This document shows positions 47,231 through 60,744 of a DNA stretch of 64,000 nucleotides, piece by piece (positions within the stretch are counted from its first letter, which is position 1; each line of letters begins with the position of its first letter). The DNA is from Prorocentrum cordatum (Eukaryota). The DNA lies in assembly GCA_963575745.1 (NCBI GenBank), contig CAUYUJ010000214.1, forward strand, positions 124,001-188,000, given 5' to 3'. A model generated the notes under the pieces. It searched no databases. It saw only the letters and a list, made by a program, of their open reading frames with translations, and was not told the origin of the DNA. A program made the position numbers and the translations under genes.

Positions 47231-50200
47231 CTAAACCCACGGACGGCGCACGGCGCACGACGGTGGCCCCCCTGCACGGGGCCGCGCCGCCCGAGAGGCG
47301 TCGCGGCGGTCGCGCCGCAGGCGCCGCCCCCCGGGCCGCCGGCGGCCGCCCTCGCGGGGGCCCAGTTCGTGGCCTGGGACAGCTTCCAGGACCGCGGGCG
47401 CGCCGAGGGGCGCGGCCGCCTCTCGACGGCGGGCGAGGGGACGTCCTGCCTGGGGCGGCGGGGGGGGGCCGCGTCGTCGATCCAGGCGCAGCGGGGGGAG
47501 GCCGCGGCACCCCTCGCTGCTCGCGCCCCCGCCAGCAGACGCCGCAGGGGGCAGCGCGAGGGGCCACACGGACTACGCACCTCTGGTCGGCGGCGAGCGA
47601 GGGGGGGGGATGAGAAGGAGAAGGCCTTCTCAGAAGGTGGCGGGGCTTCTCGGAGGCCCCCCCCCGGCCTTCTGAGAAGCTTTCTGTGTCTTCGGGGAAG
47701 GCTCAGAAAACTTCTCGGAAGGCCGGGGGACTTCCGAACCTTCTGAGAAGGCCTTCTCCTTCTCATTTCCCCCCCTCGCTCGCCGCTGATCCTCGTCCTC
47801 GTCGAGAGCCCTGGGGCGGGGGTCAGCGCAAACGGGGGTCAGCCACACCGCCAGATCTTGCCGGATCCTGCAGAGCCGGGGGTGCACTGACCCAGGCTAG
47901 CGTGCAGGATCCTGCAGGTTCCTGCAGGATCTTGCAGGATCTTGCATGGTCTGACTGACCAGGGTTTGCAGTGACCCTGGGGAGTAGATCCCAGACCTCG
48001 TACCGGCGACTACTTACAGGGTATGGTGACGCCGTGGTGTGGTTTGCGATCTGCGTCGACTGGAGCTCGGGCATCACGACGTTGCCCTCGTCGGGCCTCT
48101 TCGTGGCGCGGCAGGGAGCTGTGTCCAGGTCGTCGCCCGCCCTTCAGGGTGCGTGCGGGTTGCAAACCACACCATTTGTAAACCACGCCGTTCGAGTCGC
48201 CGATCTTAGTCGAAAGGGGGATCGGGAAAATAACGTTTTCGTTGATTCTCGGAGGTTTTCTCGCCTCGGGATGTTTTCCAGAAGCTGCGCCTCGTCGAGA
48301 GCTTTCTGGGGGTGCACGGACCCTCCCCAACGGCCGCTGGAGGCACGAGCGATGACCCGAAAGCCAGCAGGCGTCGACGATGTGAGAGGGGAGCGCCTCC
48401 TCATCCTCCTCCTCCTCCTCCTCCTCCTCCTCCTCCTCCTCATTCTCCTCCTCATCCTCCTTCTCCGAGATCCGCGCTGGTCGGCGCGGGGTTCGGCTGC
48501 GCGTGAGAGTGACCTTTGGGGTGGGTGCACTTGAGGTCCCCAGGCGGCTGAATGTCATGTGGCAGCAGCGGCTGGCGCGCTCGGGTCTGGCCCCTTCCGC
48601 GCCCCCCGAAGGTCGCGACCCTGAGGTCTCTCTTGCCCAGCGCCTCTCCTGCCCAGTGGAGTCTTTGCTCAGGGATGGGGGGGGAGGCAGCGTCGATACA
48701 ACACACCCGCGCGGAGCTGCGACAGGTTGATGTCTGCCGATGTTTCCTTGCCCTCCCATTCCTCTCTGGGCGGCGCAAGCATGGACTACAGCGTGCGGAC
48801 CAGCGACCTGCCCCGCTTCTGTGCAGGTTCGGGGAGCTCCGTTGCCAAATCCGGGCAGCTCTTCTTTTTTTACCCTGGTCCGGAATCATGTCTAATTCCG
48901 CTTAATCCTGTCACATCCCGCAGAATCCCGCTTCATTCGACTTCATCCATCCGAATCCGAGGCCCACCCCGGCGCAACAGCCCCCCGATGGGGCTTAATC
49001 CTCTTTAGTCCCTCCGACGAAGGCCTCCCAGTTGCTGCTTCCTAACAAGAGGTGATATTTTTTGGGGGCTTCAGCGCTTCCAGAATCCGCCAAAGCTTCC
49101 CCTAGGGGGCCACATGCGAACCCTCCCCCTCCCCCCCACGATTTCTGAGGGGGAGGTGGGGTTCACTTCGCTCGGGAGCTCCCGAACGAGGTGTCAGCTG
49201 CGCTGTCCGTCTGGCCACCCGCCTACCCACCAGAGGCAGGCGGAGGCACCTCCCTCCCCGCGCCCATTCTCGACAGCCTCGTGCTGGAGGCGCGTGGGGT
49301 GGCTGGGTAGGCAGGAGGCTCGGGACTCGCTCCGGCCACGTTCCACCTCCTCCTCCTCCTCCTCCTCCTCCTCCTTTCCGCGTTGGGCAAGCTTTGAGCG
49401 ATGAGCTTGTAGCGTCGTCCGCCTTCTACTGCTCCTCCTCCTCCTCCTCCTCCTCCTCCTCTTCCTCCTCTTCCTCCTCCTCCTCAGCCTCATTCGCCTC
49501 GTCTCCCTCATCCTCCTCCTCGTTTCTTCGCTTCCTCCTCCTCCTCCTCCTCCTCCTCCTCCTCCTCCTCCCCTCCCTCCGCTTCCTCCCACCTCCTCCT
49601 CTTCCTCAGGCTTGGGATCTTCTGCCCTCCCCCCCCCCCCGCCGCGCCTGCGAGCTGCCCGGCGCCGCTCCGCCTGGCGGCGGGGCCGCGCCGGGTGCCG
49701 CCGCGCCGGCGGCGGAGGCGCCGCCGCGCCTCTCTTTTGGCCCCCCCCCCCGCGCGCGATGGGCCAGACGGTGTGGTGACCGCACCGTGTGGTGAGTCGG
49801 TGGGGATTCCTCACGGAGTCGGTGAGGACCAGACTCCTGTGCGGATTCCTGCGCGGACACCTACGCGGATCCCAACACGCACGGCGGAAGTGCCCGGAGC
49901 GCACTGGGGAGGGGAGCGCTACGTCATATGGGTGGGGGGGGGGCCCGGGGGCCGCGCAGGAATCCGCACGGAGTCGGTGGGGATTCGGGGTCAACGCACG
50001 GTGGTTTGGGGACTCGAGCTCTTCCCCGAGGACGTCCTGGGCGGCAAGGGGCCTCCAGGGTCCCAATGGCCGTGCGGTGACGGAGCGTGTGCGGTGAGTT
50101 CCCTTTTGGGGTTCTGAGGTCGCCGCACGGTCTGTCACCGCGCAGTTTTGGGATCCCCAAATTATGGCAGTGATGCGGGCCGACCGACGCGGCCAGCTAG

Positions 50201-53192
50201 TTCGGCGCGACCGACGCGTCCTCGGTGGCTCTGACTGCTGGGCACTTCCCAGCGGGCACTCCAGCGCGAGTCGGCGAATTGGTCGTACGCGGAATCATGG
50301 CAACGTCAACAAAGGTTGACGTGATGATGACGGTAGCGATGCTGGTAATGACGGTGACGACGACAACGGCAAGACCGGTGACGGCGCCGATGCTGATCAT
50401 GCCGGCGACGAGGACGGCGTCCTCGCGTCGGTGATGAAGGTTTGGGGACCCTCGCTGCCTCTCCGGGCGCTGCCTCTCCCGTCACTGCCTCTGTGGGCGG
50501 CGCGCCTCCGCCTCACCTCAGGAGCGAAAGAAGCACGTACATGTACATGAATCCACGCTGGTTTCGAGAGTTCGCATTGCGCGAATGTTCGTATCGCGCG
50601 GCAGGTCTCGCGGGTCAAGGGGCCGTGTTCATGTACATAGCTGGGCGCGTACGTTTTTTGTGGGCTCCCTATCACCTCTACGGACCCCCTGCGGCGGAGG
50701 CGCGCCGCGAGAAAGTCCCGACGGACGGTTTCGGACCCTCCTCGGCCTCTGGGTTCGGCATCGCTCGGACGTGTGCGTTTTTTCCTCGGCGAGGACCATC
50801 GAGGAGCATCCTTGATCATTGGGCGAAAAAGCCACGCACGACACCGAAACAAAAAGCACAGGAGATGGGCGTCCGAGCGATGGCGAGCTGGGAGCCCTCT
50901 GAGATCCTGGCGTCGTGCTCCTCTTCGGGAGCCGGGCGCCGCCGCCCGGGGATGCGGGTCCAAAGGGGGCTACTATCGCGCAGCGGTGCGGCATCGAAAG
51001 CCAGTGCCGAAACAGGGGGCTCTGGCGCTCCGTGCGCCGCCGCGCCTCGCTCGCCGGGGCGCAGGAGTGACTTTTCTCAGGAGGGAAAAAACACACACAG
51101 ACACAAGGAATCGTCGACTTCCAGTTTCTTCCCAAGATGGCGTGTACAGAAGGGACCCTCGCGGGGGAATCGCCTCACAGGGATGGCGTGCTGTTCTGAC
51201 TTTGTTTCTCTGAGTCGTCGATTCCCCAAAATACATGGGAAAATATGGGAAGTGGGGAGGGGAAGACAAAACAGCGGAAAATATGGGAAACATGGGGAAT
51301 CTGGTTATTTGTGTCTATGGATTTGTGTGTCCCAGTTCCCCTTCACTTTCGCCGGAGTGACCTTCCAGGACGATCGAAGTGGGCGCGGAAATAAGGGGTG
51401 CAGAGCCCAACGGCACCCCGTGGCCATTCTGAGCAGGATTCGCCGTCGGCGCCGCCGCGGCCGTCGTCCATTTGAGAAAGAAGGCCGCCTGCCCGACCGC
51501 GGCCGCTGGCGGTTTTGGACAACATTTGTTGTGGGGCATCGTACCCATATTTTCCATACCCACTCCGGGCGTCCAGAGCCTTCCTTGGGATCCTGGCGGT
51601 GCCATTTTTTCGAGCCCTGCGTTTTCGCCTCTAGTCGGGCCCGGGGCCCCTCGCAGAAAGATGCGGCTCGAAAGTGATGCAGAAAAATTGGGTCCAGGGC
51701 CGTGGGCCGTGCGATGTCGCATTTTTTTCTCTACGTCAGATCACCGTTTTTTTTTGAGTTCCAACGGGTTCCCCCGATCGCTGAACGCGAAGCGGTGGCA
51801 GCTGCTTGCGCTCCCGGGCTTGGCCACCCCGCGTCCCCCGTGAGGTCGCCCACCAAAGGCCACTCTCTTGCCTTATAGGTTCGCTCTTGCGTGCAGCCGC
51901 CTCTCCCTTTCGTTCCGACGTCTCGTGCCACGTGCTGTGTCAGGCCTACAGCTTCAGAACGGCACTGCGGGCGGGTTGTCCCCGTGAGCTGTCGGGCAAT
52001 GGTCTAAATCATGCGTTTCCCGCTTGGGGCGCCCAGCGCGCTGGCCCTCATCGGCCTCACTCGGCTCGTCCTCGAACGCCGCGCGGGCAGGAAGCTGCCA
52101 GTGCGTGCAAATGGTATCCAAAAGCCCTGGGAACAATTTCCGCCATCCTGGCAAGTCGTCGCACGCATCCTGGGTTCCATCCGTGTGACTCTTGGAGCTT
52201 CAATGCGCAGGGCCATGCGTCGTGAGGAAGTCTCATGCGAAAGGCCCGCAGACCTTGCCGACACATCTCGTGGCCAGGTGAGAATGATTTTTCACTCATG
52301 CGGAAGATGGTTGGATAAGATGGAGGAGAAGGATCATCAGGAGGAAGAGGAGGAGGAGAATGGGGGGATGCTGCTGCTGATGATGATGATGATGATGATG
52401 AGGAGGAGGAGGAGGAGGAGGAGGAGAAGGAGGAGGAGGCGGAGAAGGAGGAGGAGGAGGAGGAGGACGAGGACGAGGACACGACGGCGGCGGCTGCGGC
52501 GGTGGCGACGACTACAAGGTCGACGCCAAGGTCGAAGAGAAGGATGACGACGACGACGGCTTCGGCGGCGTCGGAGACGAACAGGACGACGCCGAGGACA
52601 ATGCCGACGACGCGGACGACGGTGAGGACGACCGCGATGACGTTGTCGTCGACGGCGGCGAGGGCGCTCGCAGGTTCCCGCCCACTGGCTCGCGCCGGCG
52701 GCCGCCGCGGGGCGGCCAGAGCCGGCCGCCGTGGCCCCGGCGGGCGGCGGCCCACCGTCGTGCGCTGCCGCGCCCGCGGGGCCAGAGCCGCCCAAGCGAG
52801 CCCTGCTGGCGGGGCGCGGCAGGGGGTGGGGTGCCTCTAGGCCTCCTGGATGGGGTCGGAGTAGATGGGGTGGGGGGATCGCGCCGCATCGCCGATGCAT
52901 CGGTGATGCGGCTTGGTGTGGAGCCCGATTTTATTCACGCCGACGGCGCCGATGCATCGCCGACGTCGCCAGTGCATGGCCAATGCATCGGCGGTGCATC
53001 GCCGATGCATCGCCGATGTATCGTGGATGCTGCGCGACCCTCCGGCCCCATCTACTCCGATCCCATCTTGGAGGCCTCTAAGGGTGCTCTCGCCAGCCCC
53101 GGTGTTGGGTTGGGTCGGGTACGGGCCTGCGGAGCCGATGGAGTGGGGCGGAGTGGCGGGGGGACAGACGAGGCTTGACTGGGACCGTCAGT

Positions 53193-53680
<488 letters not shown>

Positions 53681-53763
53681 CGCAGGTGAAGGAGGAGGAC
53701 GAGGAGGAGGAAGTGGCTCGCCTGCCGGGGTCGGACCGCCATTCTCGTGTCGGGTTGGGCGGC

Positions 53764-53785
53764 GGCGCGGCCAGTTTGGCTCAAG
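53764..53785 (+). other. Degenerate (relict) DinoSL
   Basis: GGCGCGGCCAGTTTGGCTCAAG matches DinoSL at 18/22 positions, with the 3' end TTTGGCTCAAG intact. Confidence 0.55.
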
Positions 53786-54428
53786 CGCGCTCCGCGTGTG
53801 TGTGCCCCCCGAGGGGGGTTGGCCTGCCCGTGCGGCCGCGCTCTGTCGGGAGGGGAACGGGGGGGAGTGGGAGGGCCCCAGCGGGGGGGCGGGGGGGTGG
53901 CGTGATGCGGGGGGTGGGTGGGCTGGACAAGGGGCAGGGCGCGGGAGCGAGACGCGGGTGCAGGACACGGGGCGGGTGGGTGTGATTCGGCGAGGGTGTT
54001 CTTAGCAGCGAGGCAGGTTGCGGTGGCCTCAGCGGCACCATACCTGCAGCTTTAGTTCTGCAGGACTCCTCGTGGCCCGAACTGTTGGCGGAGCCCGAGC
54101 CGAGGCCACCGCCGTCCAGGCGTCGCGCCAGGCCGACCTCGCCTCCTGGGGTCACGGTTGGTGCCCGGGGCCCGCCCCATAGAGGGCAGGAATTGGGGGC
54201 GAGCAGAAGCCGCGGCCAGTCCCGCCAGTGGGGTCGGGAGCTCCAGGGCGCGTGCCGTGGCTGCAGGAGGGGTGGGAGAGGAAGAAGGCGGAGGTTGGAG
54301 GCGAGGTGGCGCGACGTCGGAGGTCGGGGGAGGCGAAGGGCAGCGGGTGCCCTCCTCGTCGGAGGGGTGAGAAGGCGGAGTGCGAGAGGAAGGAGGAGTG
54401 GGAGAGGAAGGTGGGGTGTGGATGAGAA

Positions 54429-54460
<32 letters not shown>

Positions 54461-57400
54461 GAGGAGGAGGAGGAGGAGGAGGAGGAGGAGGGCAAAGATG
54501 ACGAGGAGGAGGAGGAAGAAGAACAGGGAGAGGAGGAGGAGGAAGAGGGAGAGAGCAAGAGAGAGAGAGAGAGAGAGAACGCCCAGCACACGCCAATGAT
54601 GCTTCAGTGCGCGCTGCCGTCGTTGACTCCCTGCCGCAAAGGCCAGTTCAGGCAGCTGCTTCCAGCCTGGCGAGCCTCCGCCAGGCTGGGGGAGGGCTCA
54701 CGGGCCCGCGGCTACGGCCGTGCAGGCTAGGGACCTCCAACGAGCGACCAGCCTGTCCGCGGGGCCCACGGAGGCCCTCGTGCATCTCGGAGAGCACACA
54801 GCTCGACGACGAACGTGCCCCATGGATTTCCAACAAGTTTTCGTATCGTGCCGGCGCCCTGGCTACACGCCGGTCGTAGACAGTAGGTATTTCTGGATTT
54901 CCAGATCCCAATCTACTTCTAGCGCTTTCCTACTACAAGAATTGAGCTATTGTTCCTGTGTTTTGTTGTTCTTTTGGAGGAACTGAACCCAACCTATCTT
55001 ATCCGCCTTCATACTTCATGTTTTTACCTACTTGTTCCGACCGATGTTTTAGGGGGCGACCGCCAGAGTTCCGTTCTGAGTCCGTCTGGGGGCGGGCTGT
55101 TTTGCCCGAAATACAACCCCCCTCGAAGCCAAACGCAAGTTTTTCGTGTTGGTCGACGCGCCAAAGGCGGCCAACAGGGTCAGGTTTTTGTGATCTGTGG
55201 CTGCAGTCGCCAATTTCGGCGCTAGCATTGAAATTTTGGGGTCCTGGGGCGCCGCCACGTCGCGGGAAAAACTTGTGATTGATTTCGGGGGGGGATGTAG
55301 GGACCACGCCCCTAGAGCGTGACAGCGAGGCGTGAGCGAGCAGAGCTAAGCGGAAACACGCAGCAACGTCTCCTCGTGCGTGTCTGCTGTGTGCGGCGCG
55401 CTCCAGGAGGAGCCTCGCAGTTCGGCAGATCGGCCTCGCCCCCTCAGCGGGGGGAGGGCCAGCGGAAGGGCGGCGCAGGCCAGCGGAGGATGAGGCGGCG
55501 GCGGGCCCGCCGGAGGAGGCCCGGCGGGAGTTCGGCGGGAGGCGGCGGAGGTGTCGGGCGGGTGGTGAGCGGGCCGCGTGTGGGCGGGCCGCGGGTTGTT
55601 TGGGGCGCGCGGCGTTGACGCGCGCGCTTCCGCTGGCATGAGTGAGTGAACGGACGTATCGGGCGGGTGATGATGGGGGGTGACTTGATTGGGGGGTGGA
55701 GAAATTGGCTTTAGAGGGGCCCCGAGGGTCCCTTTCGGAGCCGGAAGGGGCCCACACGGGGCCTTGAAGGGCACATTTAGGACCTGTCTCTTCACCCCCC
55801 ATTGCGGCCCCCCCGTTGCCACCCGCCCGACATTACAAGATAGACGTCAGCGTTTTGAGTTCTTGAGTTTCAGAGTTGGAGGTCGGCATCAGCGGAGAGA
55901 TCAGGACTGGACGTCGTAACGTTGCAAGAGGTAGCCGCCCGCTTCTATCCAGGGAGTCGCCATCCATTCAAGAAGCCTTGGATATGGCTTGAGAAGCACG
56001 TGCGTGGCGCCTGCGCGAGAACACTGTCTTGAATCTGTCCTCCATCCATGGTCTGTGCTGCAACATTCAAGCTCTCGGAAAGGAGCCGTCGTCCATCTGA
56101 GCAGCTGGCGGGAACGCATCGTTGACGCTTCATGGCAACGACATTGAGAAAGTCTTCAGGCGAAAAGGCGCGTGTTGAGATGATGTCACCGTCCGTCCGC
56201 TTATTAGCTGGTGCACATGTTCAGCGTTAGTTCGCATACTTGGAAGACGTCTCGGGCGAGGGCCACCTTTTGCCACGGAGCCGCCTTCCACCCGTTCAAA
56301 TATTTTAGGTGTTTGGGGCGAGTGCGGGCGGCGATAGAGCGACAGCCACATCTTGAAAACGTCCTGCCCTTCACTGATGTAGTTCTCTGGCACTTTTGAA
56401 GACGAGTTTCCTCGTCGCTATGGCGATGCTCGCATGTCGAAGGCGGCCAGACCTCCACCTGTGACACGGCTGGGCAGTTTTTAGACGAGTGTACGCGGCG
56501 CTGGGGCGACCACCACATTTCAAAAGCGATCCGTCTTTTACCCGTCTCATTGTCGGAGCGTTTTGGATCGAACGCGCGTGGCGTTAATGCGAGAGGAGAT
56601 GTCAAACATATACCAGCCTCGCAGCAGTGTAATGGTTCAAGCTGTAGGCTTATACTTTCTTGGGGAGTCTGCCCAGGCGAAATGCTCGGCCCGCCTTGCC
56701 GACACTTTAGGTGGCGCGGCGATTAGGAATTATCTACATTGAAGCGGTCTCGAGGATGTGGAGGATGGAGGAGGAGGAGAAGGAGGAGGAGCAGGAGGAT
56801 AACTACAAGAGGGAGGATGAAGTGAGGAATGATAGGATGGATGGAGGAGGTGAAGGGGGAGGAGCAGGGAGGACGAAGAGGAGGATGAGGAGGAGGGGAA
56901 GAAGGACGAGGAGCAGGAGGAGGAGGAGGATCATGATGAGGAGGAGGAGGAAGAGGAGGAGGAGGAGGAGGAGGAGGTGGAATAGGAGGAGGAGGAGGAG
57001 GAGGAGGAGGAGGAGGAGGAGGAGGAGGAGGAGGGGGAGGCACAATAGACGTATTCGGAGAGGAAGTCGGAGGAGGGTGAGGTTTGGGACAATGTGCGCG
57101 GCGGGAGGGCGAGAGCCACATTTTGAAAATGACCCCCCCATTTCCATCCTTCTAATTGCTGCAAGAATTTGAGGAAACACGCAGCGCCACGGCGAGGGCT
57201 TCACTTTGAAAAAGGAGCCGCCCCCCCATCCTCGAAGCAGTGATAACAGTTTTGAAATAATGCTCGCGGGGCCAAGGCGAGGCCACAATGTGAACATAAA
57301 CAATTTGAACAGACACAATTTTGTCCATCCTCGAAGCTGTTGCTGCTGCAAACTTCGACGACTGCGCCCGGCGCTGATGCGAGAGCCAGCTTTTGAAAAC

Positions 57401-58423
57401 GACCCTTACCATCCCAGAAGCTGCTGCAACCTTGAAGGCGGATGCGCGCGGCGCTAAGGCGGGAGCCAAGTCTAGAACACTTAGAACGTAACCTCCCTCC
57501 ACCCTTGTTGCCAACGTTGAACCCAATTCAAATGTGCGCGAACCCCCTCCCTTGAAGCTGCGAGGAGCGTATACAACGAGTGTGCGCGGCGCGAAGCCGA
57601 GGTCCATTTGTTGAAAAGGACCTTCTAAATCCTTGCAGCTGTCGCAAACCCTGGTAAGAAGCATGTGCGAGAATCTGCACTTTGAAGAAGCAGCCTCCCT
57701 CCATCCTCAAATCTGTTCCAGACCCGAAGGATGGCTTCGGTCTCCCGCGCGCAAAGGCCGCGCGCCGGCGCCCCCCCCCCTCTCCACGCGGGGCTTGCCA
57801 CGCTGGCGGCCCCGTGCGCCACGACGTGGTGCCACGCCTTGCCCTCTCGCAACAGTCAGGAGGGGAAAAACACACAGACACAATCAATCGTCGATTCCCC
57901 AGCAAATATGGGAACATATGGGACTTGGGCGGGAAGACAAAAACCCAGAAAATATAGGAAAATATAGGGCATATTTTTATTTGTGTGTATTTATTTGTGT
58001 GTCCCAGGGCCCCTTCAAACAGACCCGCTTTGCTCTGGCTGTCGGCTGGCACCGCAGGACGTGTCAGTCTTCCCGACCCGCGTCGGGGGCGGCCCGTGAC
58101 CACGCGGCGCCGAGTCCCCAGCCCTGGCTGCTTGAAGGAATCGAGGAGGTCCCTAGGCCCAGAAAGAACCTGAAAGGTTCGGGCCCCTCCTCCTCCTCCT
58201 CCTCCTCCTCCTCCTCCTCCTCCTCCTCCTCCTCCTCCTCCTCCTCCTCCTCCTCCTCCTCCTCCTCCTCCTCCCCCTCCTCCCCCTCGGCTCTGGCCCG
58301 GGCGGCGCTGCCCCCCCCCCCGGGGGGTGCCCCGGCGCAGGGCCCGCCGGCCCTGCCCCCCGGCCCGCGGGCACTGCTGCACGCCGCTCGGCCCCTCGAA
58401 GAGGGCAGCGCCGGCCTGCAGCC

Positions 58424-59233
58424 ATGCCGCCGCGGAGGCCGGGAGGCAAGTACAAGGGGATGATCGTCCGCGCCAAGGGCGAGGCCACGCTGGCGGAGGA
58501 GGCGCGGCTGGCGGCGCAGAAGAAGCGCGAGGAGCTGGCCAAGAAGCTCTACGAGAAGCGGCAGGCGGCGCTCCTGCTGTCCCACGGCATGCGGAGCGCC
58601 AAGGAGGCGGAGGAGGAGGCGAAGAAGCAGCGCGTGATGGCACTGCTCCTGGGGGGCAAGAGGGGCAACACCAAGAAGTTCTTCAAGGCGTGGCTCATTG
58701 GTCTCGCGGTGGTGAGGAAAGAGCGCTACACCTCCGAAAGGAAGGGGGCGTGGCTCAAGGCGTGCGGCTGCTCGCCGGACCACGCTGGCCCCTGCCACAT
58801 ACACAACATCCTGCGCGACCCGACGTTCGAGCTCCCCTTCGAGACCCTGCAGCGGACTCTCGGCAGCATGACGGGCTACGACAGCGACGCGCTGTGGCGC
58901 AGCAAGTCCCTGCCCATGCTGACCGCTAGCAGGAGCCCGCTGCCAGCGGCCGCCAGCGAGGCGCGGGGCCTTCCCGCCCTGCCCGCCTCGCCGTGGCCGG
59001 CGCAGGCGTCGCCCAGCCAGGCCGGCAGGCTGCCGCAGGCGGCGCCCTCCCGGGGCGTGCCGCCTCCGCGGGCGGCCGCGTCCGCGGCCGCGTCGCCGCA
59101 GACGGCGGAGACGATGCCGATGTTCGACCGCGAGACCGCCCAGGTGGTGGTGCACCACCGGACCGGGAGGAGGTGTCTGCTCGACAGGGCGACCATGCGC
59201 ATGGCGTTCGGGGACATCGGCACCGTGGTGTAG
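58424..59233 (+). CDS. Hypothetical protein (269 aa), intronless, with coiled-coil N-terminus and CGC..H..CH.H motif
   Basis: ATG-to-TAG ORF with strong GC3 codon bias (AAG, GAG, GCG, CTG), a non-repetitive protein-like sequence, and microsatellite flanks. The start could instead be an exon boundary (CAG just upstream). Confidence 0.7.
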   Translation: MPPRRPGGKYKGMIVRAKGEATLAEEARLAAQKKREELAKKLYEKRQAALLLSHGMRSAKEAEEEAKKQRVMALLLGGKRGNTKKFFKAWLIGLAVVRKERYTSERKGAWLKACGCSPDHAGPCHIHNILRDPTFELPFETLQRTLGSMTGYDSDALWRSKSLPMLTASRSPLPAAASEARGLPALPASPWPAQASPSQAGRLPQAAPSRGVPPPRAAASAAASPQTAETMPMFDRETAQVVVHHRTGRRCLLDRATMRMAFGDIGTVV

Positions 59234-59784
59234 CAGCAGCATAGGGCACCCGCAGCAGCAGCGGTGAGCAGCAGTAGCTGTCCTAGTGACATGAGGGGGG
59301 AGAACAGGAGGAGGAGGAAGAGGAGGAGGAGGAGGAGGAGGAGGAGGAGGAGGAGGAGGAGGAGGAGGGGGATGACAACGCCAGGCTCCGGGCCGCCTTT
59401 GACCCGCTTGCCTTTGTTGCTCTTTTGCTGGAATCGAGCTGAACCCGTTGTGTCTGGGCCCTGTGAGAAGCACTGAGGCGCAGCAGCTGTAAGATGAAAC
59501 AGGGCAATGCAGCAGGTACAGGAAAGGAACAGGTCCAAGAAGGGAGGGGAGTCAGATGTGATAAGATAAGTGCAGCAGCTGCACAGCGGGGAGAACCTGC
59601 AACGGATGGCGTGGATCTATTCGTGTCCTCCTGATTATTCCCTGCTCTTTACCTGCTCTTCCCTGCTCATGCTGCTCATCCCCTTGATCCTGCTTGTTCA
59701 ATATTTCTCCCCTCGAGGTCATGATCATGATGACGCAAATTGGGGTAAGGGTGAAGTTGGTATTGCAATTGGGGAGGGTAGCTG

Positions 59785-59834
<50 letters not shown>

Positions 59835-60744
59835 TCCATCCTCCCTTTCCGGCTCTTCCTCCCCCGTGTTTTCGGCTGGCTTCTGGTTCAATCGCTCCCC
59901 CCTTCCTCTCAGACTCCTTCACCATCTACTGCAGCTGCTGTCATCCGCCTTCTCCCTGCTTCGCCCCACGCGCAGCTTACCGACAGTAATCTTCTAATCG
60001 AGCTGCCAGATATCACCGAACGCCCACTCGCAAACGTTAGACAATCACGTGTTCGCCTCGATATACTGGATCGTAAATCTCCCGCGGCAGATCCAGGCCA
60101 TCTGCGAGTAGATATTTTGCGAGTCGTGGAACGCGCTCGTCTAAGAACTGAGCAGGTTCGGGCGTTGCGTCAAGGGGGGGAGGGGGGGTAACTTGGGAGG
60201 GCGAGAACAGGCGCATTTTCTTGCTTACCTTTTGGGGCCCTGAGTGGGCCCTCTGGGGCCCAGCAGGGGGCACGAGAGGTGCACGTTGCTTCGCCACTCA
60301 CTTAACGCCTCCACACTGAGCAGCGCCCAACAGACGCCGAGACGAACTGCTGCTTGAGGGTGTGCGAGTTTAGTGGTCGTTGAGTGCTCGGGCGGGCGTA
60401 GACGCTTCAGCGTAGGAGGAGGAGGAGGAGGAGGAGGAGGAGGAGGAGGAGGAGGAGGAGGAGGAGGAGGAGGAGGACGATTATTCGACGTTCTGCGCCC
60501 TGATGTCGCGCGCAGGGCCGCGACGCCAAACAGTGTGCGTGTGGGTGTGCGCATTCTTCGCGCCAGGAGCCACAGCGCTGCGGCCGTGTCCCCATCCTGC
60601 CCTCTCGTCCCTCCTACCTCGCCCTCCCCCTGGCCCTCCCCCATCGTGGCTTCTGCCTTCCTCCTGCTTCCCTCTCTCCCTCCTCATGGTTCCTGTCTCC
60701 TGGTGGTTGGGAAGAAATGGTTCGAAGCCTCCTCCCCCGAACTC

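Noticed and set aside
51418..51438. Weak SL-like strings (CCGTGGCCATTCTGAGCAGG; also about 6880-6901 and 18905-18922)
   Set aside because: Too many mismatches to distinguish from chance.
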